Assembly (NCBI RefSeq): GCF_009914755.1
Contig: NC_060936.1
Reading direction: 5' to 3' (one strand)
Length of the DNA: 64,000 nt
From: the human T2T-CHM13v2.0 reference genome, Homo sapiens
Part shown: positions 12,501 to 25,541 of the stretch, piece after piece
How the letters are laid out: each line of letters starts with the position of its first letter
How positions within the stretch are numbered: the first letter of the stretch is position 1
Position numbers and translations under genes: made by a program
The notes under the pieces: model-generated
Told to the model about the DNA's origin: nothing
Databases searched by the model: none
What the model saw: only the letters and a program-made list of their open reading frames with translations

Positions 12501-12984
12501 TTGGAAAACAAGCTCAAGGTGCTAAAATCAAAGTTCCCAAGCAGAAGAGATGTCTAGGGAGGCCTAATGGGGCTATTCACCTAATCAGCCCAGCATCATC
12601 AGAGGTCACTCAACCATTCATACATACTTGCCAGTTTCCAAACAAATGCCTGCCAAAGTATATTTTATGGTCATTGTCCCAGATTTGATGCATTTGATTG
12701 ATGGAATGGGGTGCCCCTATATTGTACTTTACATGGTAATCATGCCAGTGATAGAAGCATAAACCATGCCCTGCAAAATGGTGAACAATTTTGTATGTTT
12801 GGCATGTTTGAGGAACTGAAAATGTATACTATTTACTGTAGTAAATTAAGGAGGATAAGTTGTTTTAAATGATGTAAAAATAGACAAGAGGCAGATTATA
12901 AAATAACTTATAGGGTAAAACAATCATTTTGAATTTTCTTTTTAGAGCTAAAGAAAGCCTTTACAGGTGACTGCCTCTACCACT

Positions 12985-13445
<461 letters not shown>

Positions 13446-14083
13446 TTATGGAACAGTACGGAAGAGGCAGAAGAGTTAAGCAAAGACAGTACTAGTTTAT
13501 ACATGAGAAACTAGGGCCACTGACTTGGTCTTCAGTGTTTTAGAGAAACCCTTCTCAAAATTTAATAGGGATCTGTGTGCTACTGCTACTAGTATTGTCC
13601 AAAACGATTCATCACCCTATGCAATAAAAGAGGTGGATAGTTTTCACTAAGACCAAGAATAATATCTCTTGCATCTATGTATTCTCAGTACCTATCCAGG
13701 ATTTACATGTGAATGTCAATGACTAATATTTTGAGAGAGAAGTAAAGGAAGTGAAGGCAAGTCACTAATTTCAAAGCAACTTTTCATGATAGATCTACAG
13801 GATGTGTAACAAAGTGGGATCTCAGAGATTGTCTATTTCAGCCCTTTTAACTAAGAGGTATTTTAAAGGATTCCTCCTGGCAGAGCTTTCCCAATTTATT
13901 GTTTTGATCTTAGAAACTTGTCAAACTTTAATCTGGGCTATTCTTCTTTTTCCTAAGTTACCACTTTGAAATTTTATGTCTTATTAAGTCAATATGTTTT
14001 ATGGCTGTTGTATTATTTTATCTGAACTACTTTGATTATTGCTCTTTAATATTATAGCACAATATGTACTTTAAGAAATTGTG

Positions 14084-14573
<490 letters not shown>

Positions 14574-14808
14574 TTAAAAATTGTGTTCTATTTTAATAAA
14601 AAACTATTCTCCTTTAAATAAAAGCTAATCTTTAACACTGAATAGCTATTATGTATGTGCATATATATGAATAATATATATACACAATTAGTATAAGGAA
14701 TAGTTAAATATATCAAAATTTATATATGTAATTAGTAGTTATGTAATTAGTTACAGACTAAGTTAAATAATGACTATAGATTTCATGAAAGTTTTTATTC
14801 ATAAGTGT

Positions 14809-15200
14809 TGTAGTCACCCCCACAGGCACGGGGTGTACCCTACTCAAATTTTGATTTGGATATTGAAAAGGGTAACCCACACCAATAGGTGATGGAAAGG
14901 TTTATTACTCAAATAATGAGGCTTTCTGGGAAGAAGAGTGCAGCCTCCTAAGGAGGCCCAAATGCCTTAGATAAGTAGGGAATTGTCACTATCTTAGCTT
15001 TTAGTGGGATTAGGGATGGGGCTGGCATGAGGGGTCCAGTGCCCATGTGCCAGGGCCTGTGGGCTTTGAACTTCATGCAGGCACCAGGAAGCACTCTGGC
15101 TTTCTCATCAGCTTGCCCAGATGTGGGGTAGAAGGGAAAGAGAAAGGAGTGCAGTTTCAAAGTTATCAGCTGTGATTTTATCTTAAATATGTAGGTGCAT
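14809..15200 (-). mobile_element. Old ERV LTR (MER76-like)
   Basis: TGTAGTCACCCC start, TTTATT (minus-strand polyA signal) near 14901, GCTTTCTCATCAGCTTGCCCAGATGTGGGG. Confidence 0.55.
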
Positions 15201-16451
15201 TGGTGAAACCTAAGAAAAAAATAATTTGAAGAAATCTGAAAAATATGCATCACATATTTTCAAATAATTAAGCTAACTGCAATAAATGGATAATAAGGCA
15301 TTTCAATAAATTTTCAATATAGAGGAAGGTATAATCATTTCTTTGTTAGTCCAGATTGTTCATCGTTCTTTTTAAATGTTGTACACAGTTCAAAATATTT
15401 CTTACAGTTACAAGGTTCATAATATAAAACTTTCCAAAAGGCATGTAAATGTTTTATATTAGTGTAAAAAGTGTAATTTATATTTGATTTTCTTAAATTA
15501 CTTTATATATTTCCACCTTTTAAAAAGCTGCAGCCTTTTAACTAACCTTCTTATTTATAAATTCAACATTTTTACTAAAGCCAAATGATCATGAATCCAC
15601 AAAAGACTGTATTCTAAATTTCATGAGATTTTATTATCATTAAGAAACAGGTGATTTGACTTTCTAATATTGACGCTGATCTTCTGACATAAAGAAGCTC
15701 TAACTGTATTTGCAGAAGTTTATTCTAAAACATCAGCATTTCCACCATAACAAGAGAACAGAGGTTGAAAAGTTCTGAACCTACTCATGACTTTAATGTT
15801 TCTACTTTTAGACCAGGACTGACCTTTCTCAGGCACAGGTTTTGAAGGGAACATTCACATGACTTTTGGGACTTTAAAATATTAGAAACTTTCACCCTCA
15901 AGTTTATATGATTGATGGCCATACATTTCTTATTTTATAGCCAGGGTGGGATGAAAAGCAATGTTATTTTGACAATTTGGTGGCAAAAACTCTAAAGAAT
16001 GTTCTTTTCTTAAAATAGTACAGAAAATCTATTATGGGAATACGAGATTGGTTAGTCAAATCCTGGCAACTCGAAATTATTATTTCTACTATATAGTCAT
16101 TGTGGTGTGTCCTTGCCTGCTAAGACTATTGAAATTTAAAAATATATTGTTGAAAGAATATTGTGAAGCTGGAGTATGCACGTCCTCTTTAGGTAAAGAG
16201 CAAGAATATTTCTGCTATTGAAATTCAAGTACTCATGAAGCCCAGTTCAAAATTTACTCTGTCCTTCAAATTTACCCAGGTATATCTGATATATTTGATC
16301 CCCCATGTATTTAATGATCTCATTGTGTACTCTACCAGAATAGCATTTATCACATTATGCCTTGGTTACTGTTTTGAATTTATATAACTTTCTTGAAGTT
16401 TTTCCTATAATGATTCAGTCTTGGATTGATATGCCCTTTAAAGTAACATAC

Positions 16452-16775
16452 GGCTGGGCACGGTTGTTCATGCCTGCAATCCCAGCACTTTGGGAGGCCG
16501 AGGTGGGTGCATTACTTGAGGTCAGGAGTTCAAGACCCGCCTGACCAACATGGTGAAACTCCGTCTCTACTAAAAATACAAAAATTAACCGGGCATGGTG
16601 GCAGGCATCTGTAATCCCACCTACTCAGGAGGCTAAGGCAGGAGAATCGCTTGAGCCCGGGAGGCGGAAATTGCAGTGAGCCGAGGTTGCAGTGAGCTGA
16701 GATCACGCCATCACACTCCAGCCTGAGCAACAGAGCTAGACTCCGTCTCAAAAAACAAAAATAAAATATAAAAAT
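16452..16775 (+). mobile_element. AluS with an internal 16-bp tandem duplication
   Basis: Full dimer; TSD TAAAGTAA(C/T)ATAC. Confidence 0.96.
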
Positions 16776-16799
16776 TAAAGTAATATACATTAAAATGAA

Positions 16800-18030
16800 G
16801 TCAGTTTTTATAATATTAAAAGATAGCTGAGAAAGTAATCTCAGGCAGAAGTACATATCTCTGGAAATAAGCATATTTTTTATGAAATCTGTGTTCTATA
16901 ACATGCTGACTAGAAAGGATCCATGAAGAGGGAACTCTTCATAATGAAGTGAGTAAGACAACCCATCCTGGGAGAGCCTGTCAGACATGATCATATGTGT
17001 TCACAGAGTCCATGGCAGCAAGAAGAAAGGCTGTGCATGGTCTCAAAATACTGAACATGTCTCACCAAGGCTGATCTTCCCACTACCATTAAGGTCCCAA
17101 TTGCAATGACAAGTTATGAGCCCCTAATCTGGCACAATTTCCTGGCAGTACCAGCCATGGTGGCAGGTTGTTTCCATTACTTCCTTGCATTATTACAGGA
17201 GCAATCATTTATACTCAGAACAGATTCATATCTCAGTTACAGATTTGCTTTTCCTGTCTGAAACACTTCTGTCAGCACCACCATTCATGACTGACATTCC
17301 ACACATCATCAGGGAACTGATGATTTGACATTCCATGATTGATTTGACATTCCACACATCATCAGGGAACTCATTTCATGGCAAAGGGATGGTGGGGTCA
17401 CCTACTGAAGGCTCAGTTATAACATCATCTGGGATGCAACAGCTGTACACTCAGAACACTCTCTTATAATACGTGATATATGCCTCAAACCAGAGGCCAC
17501 ATGTGTTGTCATCTACTCTAGAGCCATCTAGCCTAGTAACAAAGGAAAAGAAAACAGCCTCTCTCATTGACAACAAGTAAACCACTTACACATATCTGGG
17601 AACTCAGTCAGTAGATCAGAAGGTTTTAGTTCATAAAAGGTTAATGTTTCCAGTAGGGTACACATGATCCTATTAAATTGAAAGCTGAGACTACTCCTGG
17701 CTATTCTGGGCTCCCCGTGTTCCTGATTCTGCAGGCAAAGTGAGAGATCACTGTATTGGCTGGTATGACAGATTCTAATTTCTCAGGGGAAATGGAGCCA
17801 GAGTTACTCAATGAAGATAAGGAGAATATACCTGAAACTGAGAAGTCATCACTGACACACCCCATAGTATTCCTCTTCTGAAAGTGCTAGTACACCAGAA
17901 ATTTGAAAGCGCCAACCTAATAAAGTCAGGACCAGCAAGGATTCAACCTATGTAAATACACAGGTTTCAGTTCACTCATCAGAAAAGGAATCTCATCTAG
18001 CTATTTATAGATGGTAGTTCTCAATCACAA
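16800..18030 (+). pseudogene. ERVL internal fragment: degenerate integrase followed by dUTPase
   Basis: GATTCATATCTCAGTTACAGATTTGCTTTTCCTG resembles ERVL integrase DTYSGYGFAFP; CAGGGAACTCATTTC encodes QGTHF; ATCACTGTATTGGCTGGTATGACAGATTCTAATTTCTCAGGGGAAAT resembles dUTPase VLAGVIDPDYQGEI. The integrase-then-dUTPase order is diagnostic of ERVL. Confidence 0.8.
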
Positions 18031-18252
18031 GCACTAAGTACAATTATTTTATTTTTACTCAGTACAAACTTTATTGGCAAAAATGGTAATTTATTGTAAA
18101 TGGTTCTTAATAGTTTTATTTTATGTATCTTAATGGATGTAAGATATTTTACCATCAGATTAAACATAATTACTTATCTAGCCATCTGATTATTTTATGA
18201 TTTTTATCTTTATCTCCTTAATTCATTTGAAATTTATTGATACATAGTTTGA

Positions 18253-18568
<316 letters not shown>

Positions 18569-19079
18569 TAGTTGGAGGTATTTCTGTAAATTTCTGTCAA
18601 AATAATTAATAATCCTACAACTACTGTTGAATGATTTTAATTTTATTTATTTTAATTATCATATACAATTAATGCTTTCTCAAAGGCTTGAAATATAATT
18701 GTTATTATTACCCAACTTTTTTGTGTTTTCAAATTTTCATCATTTATTTTAGATACAGGGGGTCTTATTTGTTTTACATGTGATAAAAATTATATATATT
18801 ATTTCAATTACTGGTGACAAAATTTAATATAGAACTCTCTTTTATGAAAAACATATTTTGTCCATTGTTAGGGATGAAAGATGATTTTTTGAGACCATGT
18901 GGCAGGAGGTTTATGCTCTGAAGAAATAAGAAAAAAAAATTAAGGAGAGGGAATTCCTAAAAAAGAGAGTAGTAAAAGAAGGAGAGAGGAAAACGTCAAG
19001 TAATAGAGGAAGTCTCACATGAAGGAGAATAACTTGCTTGGTGGCTGAAGGACATTTACGTGGAGTTTTCTTCCTTTTT

Positions 19080-19300
19080 TTACTCCACAAACATTTACTA
19101 AATGTTTACGGCAAAGACATTATTCTGGCTATTGAGTCATAAATCCCTCAAAAGCTTATATTTTAGATGAGAGAAAAATAATAAATACAAAATCAAGTGA
19201 ATCAATAAGAATTTCAGACACCAATATTTAAAACATAAGACAGAGAATGGATATGGTTGTTGCAAAAAGTGAGGTGAGGTGGGTAATTAAGAAACACAGT
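19080..19300 (-). mobile_element. L2 3' fragment
   Basis: CAAACATTTACTAAATGTTTAC...CCCTCAAAAGCTTATATTTTAG. Confidence 0.5.
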
Positions 19301-20829
19301 CTCAAATGTTTCCATTGCTGCCCTGTTAAAGCACTCTCTCATTCCCCAACTTGTATATTCTGCTACAAATTCTAATATTTCAAGCAACAGGGATGAGTTA
19401 CCTGGTTAGGCCCATATTCTTGGGCCTTTTGTCTTACAAAAGAAAAACAAGGACAGGAATTGAGGCTGAAGTAATTATGAGACACAAGTCCTGAAACTGA
19501 AAGAAACGCAATAAACTGCCAACTAGATAGTAGTAAATAGAAGGATGACCTCAGTTGGCATGATACATACATACACACACAAACACACATGCACACACTT
19601 TGTGTTATTTTAGTTATTCTTATATCAAGATCACACTCTTCATTTAAGTAGAATTATGACAGTGATAATAGTTTCCAATTATCTGACATCTTTTGAAGCA
19701 TTTTTTATTTTTTTCATATTTACCTAATTTGTCATATTTTTAAAAAAACTCTAGGTTTTATTGGAATTTTCTTATACTTTTAGTTACAAAATATTTTGAC
19801 TGGTTTAGTCAGGACCTACATGTAACTCAAGTAGCCTTGAGTTACTCAGTTGTCTTTAGAGTGACATGTGAAGATTTAGATTTTTATCTTGAAAAGGTAA
19901 ATAGAGGTTGAGGGGAGCAAGGTTTACACAAAGGAAAAATATGAAGAGCAGGGACTCTATCTACTCGTTGATGACCAAGATCTGATGGAAACAGGTCATG
20001 AGATAATTAGAGAGACCCAAGCAATGGTCAGAGTTGCTTCGTCATCTTGAAGGGATCACTTGTAGCCCATTGCTGTGAAAAAAGCCCACACCATGATCAC
20101 TGTGAACATCTTACTCCTCTTTGACGATCTAAATAGCTGCAGTTTATAATCACGCAGGGACAGCAACCTTGTCACTACTGTTGGTATTCTCATACAGGAG
20201 CTGACAGCTGTAAAAGAAATGATACTCTTAAGTGTCTTTGTAACATTCGAGAGGCAGAAGTGGATTTGGAAAGGAAAGATGGTTCCTGGAAGATACTGCA
20301 AAGTGGCTGTAAACAGAGCAATGTTCTGTGGGTATAGGTGAGGCACTCCTTTGGAAACTCCCAGAAATAATAGGAGGACCCTTAAATATGATCTCATTGT
20401 CTGGTAGGCAGTGCTCATTTTGGATGATAATGAGGGACTCTAAGAATGACCATGCCAGCTGGAACAATACAGGCAATCTTAATAATCAATAAGAAAATTG
20501 TGATTTTTTCCCCCAAGACTATTAAGTTTTTCACAAAACATTAAAAACTTTCTTATTAACAGTTATAAGATTATAAGAAAATGAAAAAATGTTAAACAAA
20601 TTTTTTTTAGTATACTCTAAAGTAAAACTTTAGAAACATTACAGTGTTTGATTTCTTTGTAAAAAAATACTTGTCAAGAGTACTTTGAATAAAGATGACT
20701 TCTTTTGTCACATAAATTACAACACAAGCAAGCATCCTCTCTATGCCTTAGTAAATAGAATTACTCCTTTTAAAATTTGAATCAGCTTCCAACATTTTAT
20801 TCTGTAGCTTTTATTATCATGAAATATCT

Positions 20830-21432
20830 CTGAGAGTCCCTCTAATGTGAATTTTTTATCAACAGCAGTTCCTTTGAGATATCTTGCCTCATTCTGTTGG
20901 TAAATTTGACTTTGCTACAAGCGTCTGCCTGCATATCTACACTAACAACAGTATTTTCAACATTCTTGAAAGCAGCCTTTTTTTTTCTATAACTTCATTT
21001 GCATCCTATTTTAGTTTTATTTCCTGCCTTGTCACTTTTCATTTATTTGCTGCACTTTTATCTTTTTGGCCAGTGGCCATTTTCTAGTTACCCACTTTTG
21101 TAAATGTCACATAGATTTTTCACTGGGAAATAAGGAGGCAACACAACTACATACTTTGCTGTCTCAGGGTGAACTGAGTAACAGATACACAGAGACTCAT
21201 CACTGACAGACTGTCAAAGAAGTGACAACTGGTCAGAGATTGTAATGTGCATCCGTTTTTTAGTAATGTGTGGACCGTAAGACTAATAGCAAAGTTTGTG
21301 CTTTATGTAATTACCCACAGGTAAGAGAAAATAGTAAGTAAAATATGAATTGTGTTGGGGGATTGGTATTTAACTAAACTGCAGTAACTAAAATGAATGC
21401 ATATTAGAACCAAGCAAAGCCAGAACTGCCTG
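20830..21432 (-). mobile_element. Old Tigger DNA transposon (Tigger13a-like)
   Basis: Ends ...TAACTAAACTGCAGTAACTAAAATGAATGCATATTAGAACCAAGCAAAGCCAGAACTGCCTG, the reverse complement of a CAGGCAGTCCTCGCTTTG-type terminus. Confidence 0.6.
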
Positions 21433-21632
21433 CCTATGAGTGTGTTTCTGGGAACATATTTATTTATTTTTATTTTATAGTTTAAATAATTGACCTTTAT
21501 TTCCCAAACAAAATATTGGTTTTTATGCTCCCTTATTTTCTTCTACTTTTTGGGAATTTTCCTCAGTTTTCTCTATTTTATGATGAGAATTTTATTTAGA
21601 GAATCACATTTTTTGAAAATGTATAAGGTAGA

Positions 21633-21710
21633 CTTTTTTATAATTTCAACTTTTAGATTCAGGGGATGCATGTGCAGATTTGTCCCATTGCTATATTGCA
21701 TGGTGCTGAT
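21633..21710 (-). mobile_element. Very short L1P (PA-late/PB) 3' end
   Basis: TTTCAACTTTTAGATTCAGGGGATGCATGTGCAGATTTGT...TATATTGCATGGTGCTGA. Confidence 0.65.
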
Positions 21711-21975
21711 ATAATTAAATATTGAATCATTCCTTACAGGAAACTTACAAGTTACTTCATTTATTTAAAATTATAAAAAGCATTTCACTATTAAATTAAA
21801 CAGGTATTGTGTTTTTAAAATGAATTCCTAGATAGTTTATAACATGCCATTACTTTGTGGTGACATATTTCTCTTTCAGCTTTTCTAACTAGTTATTTCT
21901 GATATCGGTAAGGATAATATTTTTGTCAATGTACTGAACACAGTACAGTAGAATTAATAGATTTTTTTAAACTTT

Positions 21976-22283
21976 GTTTTTTTTCTTTTTTCTTTTTTTT
22001 TTGAGACAGAGTTTTGCTCTTGTTACCCAGGCTGGAGTACAACGGCGTGATCTTGGATCACTGCAACCTCTGCCTCTGGGTTCAAGCAATTCTCCTGTCT
22101 CAGCCTCCTGAGTAGCTAGGATTACAGGCATGTGCCACCACATCTGGCTAATTGTGTATTTTTAGTAGAGACAGGGTTTCTCCATGTTGGTCAGTCTGGT
22201 CTCAAACTCCCAACCTCAGGTGATCTGCCTGCCTCAGCCTCCCAAAGTGCTGGGATTACAGGTGTGAGCCACCATGCCCAGCC
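21976..22283 (-). mobile_element. AluSq/Sp-like
   Basis: Poly-T followed by GAGACAGAGTTTTGCTCTTGTTACCCAGG...CATGCCCAGCC. Confidence 0.96.
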
Positions 22284-22805
22284 TGTTTCTTATTTATCTC
22301 AAAATAAAAAAAAAATACAAAAATATGTTTTTTCTTTTATTTTTCTATAATTATAACTCGTAAGTTATAAAATTATTCAAAATTTATAAATGCATATTTT
22401 TTCCTATTTTATTGCATTGGCTATGATCTCTAGAATGATATTTTCATGTTCCAAAATTAAGTATAAAATTTAATATTTTATGATTAAGTTGTTAAGTCAT
22501 GATTTCTAGCTGTGGTAAGAAAAGTTAGTTTTATTATTAATTTTTAAATAATACTATAAAATTAGATAATACAGTATATCAAATGTAGAAACTTTTATCC
22601 TTTGAATCATTAATATTATATAATTATTCGTGTGGATTTTCTAATATGACTTTCTAAGGATACTGCCTCCCCACTCAGGAGAAAGAGTTGCAAGTTGGCT
22701 CAAGATGCTTCTATTTGATAAGCTCTGTCCCATGTCTATTACAATGGTTTCAGCATGTAGTTGATAGAATTCCTTAATTTATATCACAGATTCAGGATTT
22801 CCTTT

Positions 22806-23096
22806 CTTTTTTTTTGAGACAGAGCCTCTCTCTTGTCACTAGGCTGGAGTGCAGTGGTGCAATCTTGGCCCACTGCAACCTCTGACTCCCTGGTTCAAGC
22901 GATTCTCCTGCCTCAGCCTCCCGAGTAGCTGGGATTACAGGCACACATCACCATGCCCAGCTGATTTTTGTATTTTCAGTAGAGATGGGGTTTCACCATG
23001 TTGGCCAGGATGGTCTCGATCTCCTGACTTCGTGATCCACCCACCTCAGCCTCCCAAAGTGCTGGGATTACAGGTGTGAGCCACCACACCCAGCTG
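22806..23096 (-). mobile_element. AluSc-like
   Basis: Reverse-strand Alu with GGCCAGGATGGTCTCGATCTCC; GGATTTCCTTT repeated on both flanks. Confidence 0.95.
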
Positions 23097-23243
23097 CTTG
23101 GGATTTCCTTTGTGCGTTCAGAATGTAGTCATCAGAATGGAGGAATAGAAGTAAGAAAACTTTTTTTTTTCCATAAGACGGTCACAACATCAGAGATTGG
23201 AAGAAAATAATACTAGAAAAAGATAAGAAATGGTCAATACAAT

Positions 23244-25541
23244 TGTTATGGTTTGGCTCTGTGTCCCCACCCAAATCTTATCTTGTAGCTCCCATAATTC
23301 CACCTGCTGTGAGGAACCCAGTGAGAGATTGTTGAATCATGGGAGCGGGTCTTTCCCATGCTGTTCTAGTGACAGTGAATGGGTCTCATGAGATCTGATG
23401 GTTTTAAAAATGGAAGTTTCTCTACACAAGTTCTCTCTCTTTGCTTGCTGCCATCCATGTAAAATGTGACTTGCTCCTCCTTTTCTTCTGCCATGATTGT
23501 GGGACTTCCCTAGCCATGTGGAACTGTAAGTCCATTAAACCTCCTTCTTTTGTAAATTGCCCAGTCTTGGGTACCTCTTTATTAGCAGTGTGAAAACAGA
23601 CTAATACAGTAAATTGGTACCAGTAGAGTGGGGTGCTGCTGAAAAGATACCCCAAAATCTGGAGGTGACTTTGGAACTGGGTAACAGGCAAAGATTGGAA
23701 CAGTTTGGAGAGCTCAGAAAAAGATAGGAAAATGTGGTAAAGTTTGGAACTCCCTGGAGACTTGTTGAATGGCTTTGACCAAAATGCTTATAATGATATG
23801 GACAATGAAATCCAGGGTGAAGTGGTCTCGATGGAGATGAGGGACTTGTTGGGAACTGGAGCAAAGGTGACTCTTATTATGTTTTAGCAAAGACACTGGT
23901 GGCATTTTGCCCCACCCTAAAGATTTTTGGAACTTTGAACTTGAGAGAGATGATTTAGGGTATCTAGTGGAAGAAATCTGTAAGCAGCAATGCATTGAAG
24001 ACTTGACTTGGGTGCTATTAAAGGCATTCAGTTTCAAAAGGGAAACAGAGCATAAAAATTTGGAAAATTTGCAGCCTGACAATGCAATAGAAAAGAAAAA
24101 CCCATTTTCTAAGGAGAAATTCAGGCCTGCTGCAGATATTTGCATAATTTACAATAAGCCGAATGTTAATCACCAAGACAATGGGGAAAATGTCTCCAAG
24201 GCATGTCAGAGACCTTTGCAGCAGCCCCTCCCATCACAGGCCCTGAGGCCTAGGAGGAAAAAGTGGTTTCATGGGCCAGGCCCAGGGTCCTCCTGCTGTG
24301 TGCATCCCAGGGACTTGGTGCCCTGCATCCCAGCCACTTCAGCTGTGGCTGAAAGGGGCCAACATAGAACTTGGGTTGTGGCTTCAGAGGTGCAAGCCTC
24401 AAGCCTTGCCAGCTTCCATGTGGTGTTGAGCCTGTGAATGCATAGAAGTCAATAACTGAGGTTTGGAAACCTCCACCTAGATTTCAGAAAATGTGTAGAA
24501 ATGCCTAGATGCCCAGGCAGAAGTTTGCTGTAGGGGCAGGGTCCTCATGGAGAACCTCTGCTAGAGCAGTGCAGAAGGGAAGTGTGGGGTCAGAGCCCCC
24601 ACAAAGAGTCCCTGCTGGGGCACTGCCCAGTGGAGCTGTGAGAAGCGGTCCACCATCCTCCAGACCACAGTATGGTACATCCACTGACAGCTTGCACCAC
24701 GTGCCGCAGACACCTAGCACTAGCACATGAAGGCAGCCAAGAGGGAGGCTGCAACCTGCAAAGTCACAGCAGCAGACCTGCCCAAGACCATGGGAACCCA
24801 CATCTTGCATCAGTGTGACCTGGATGTGAGACCTGGAGTCAAAGGAGATCATTTTGGAGCTTTAAGATTTGACTGCCCTGCTGCATTTCGGAATTGCCTG
24901 GAGCCTGGAGCCTCTTCATTTTGGCCAATTTCTCCCATTTGGAATGACTGCATTTGCCCAATACCTGTAGTCCCAATGTATCTAGGGAGTAACTAACTTG
25001 CATTTGATTTTACAAGTTTATAGGCAGAAGGGACTTGACTTGTCTCAGATCAGACTTTGGACTGTGGACTTTTAAGTTAATGCTGAAATGAGTTGAGACT
25101 TTGGGGGACTGTTGGGACGGCATGATTGGTTGTGAAATGTGAAGATATGAGATTTGGGAGGGGCCAGTGGCAGAATTATGTGATTTGGCTCTGTGTCCTC
25201 ACCCAAATATCACCCTATAGCTCCCATAATTCCCACATCTTGTGAGAGGGACCTGGTGGGAGATGATTGAATCACGGGGGTGGGTCTTTCCTGTGTTGTT
25301 CTCATGTTAGTGAATGGGTCTCACGAGAACTGATGGTTTTAAAGATGGGAGTTTCTCTGCACATGTTCTCTCTTTCCCTGCTGCCATCCACATAAGATGG
25401 GACTTGCTCCTCCTTGCCTTCTCCCATGATTTTGAGGCCTCTCCAGCCATGTGGAACTATAAGTCCAATACACCTCTTTTTCTTTGTAATTTACCGAGTC
25501 CTGGGTATGTCTTAATCAGCAGTGTGAAACAGACTAATACA
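23244..25541 (+). mobile_element. Full-length THE1 (THE1A-like) MaLR: LTR 23244-23608, internal 23609-25175, LTR 25176-25541
   Basis: Two ~365 bp homologous LTRs ending CTAATACA, ~1.57 kb internal region, purine-rich tract before the 3' LTR, perfect 5-bp TSD ACAAT (23239-23243 and 25542-25546). Confidence 0.97.
23907..24437 (+). pseudogene. Remnant of the MaLR internal (gag-derived) ORF
   Basis: 176-codon open stretch containing WNFELERDDLGYLVEEI, typical of the THE1/MST internal ORF; no ATG start and flanked by frame disruptions. Confidence 0.7.
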
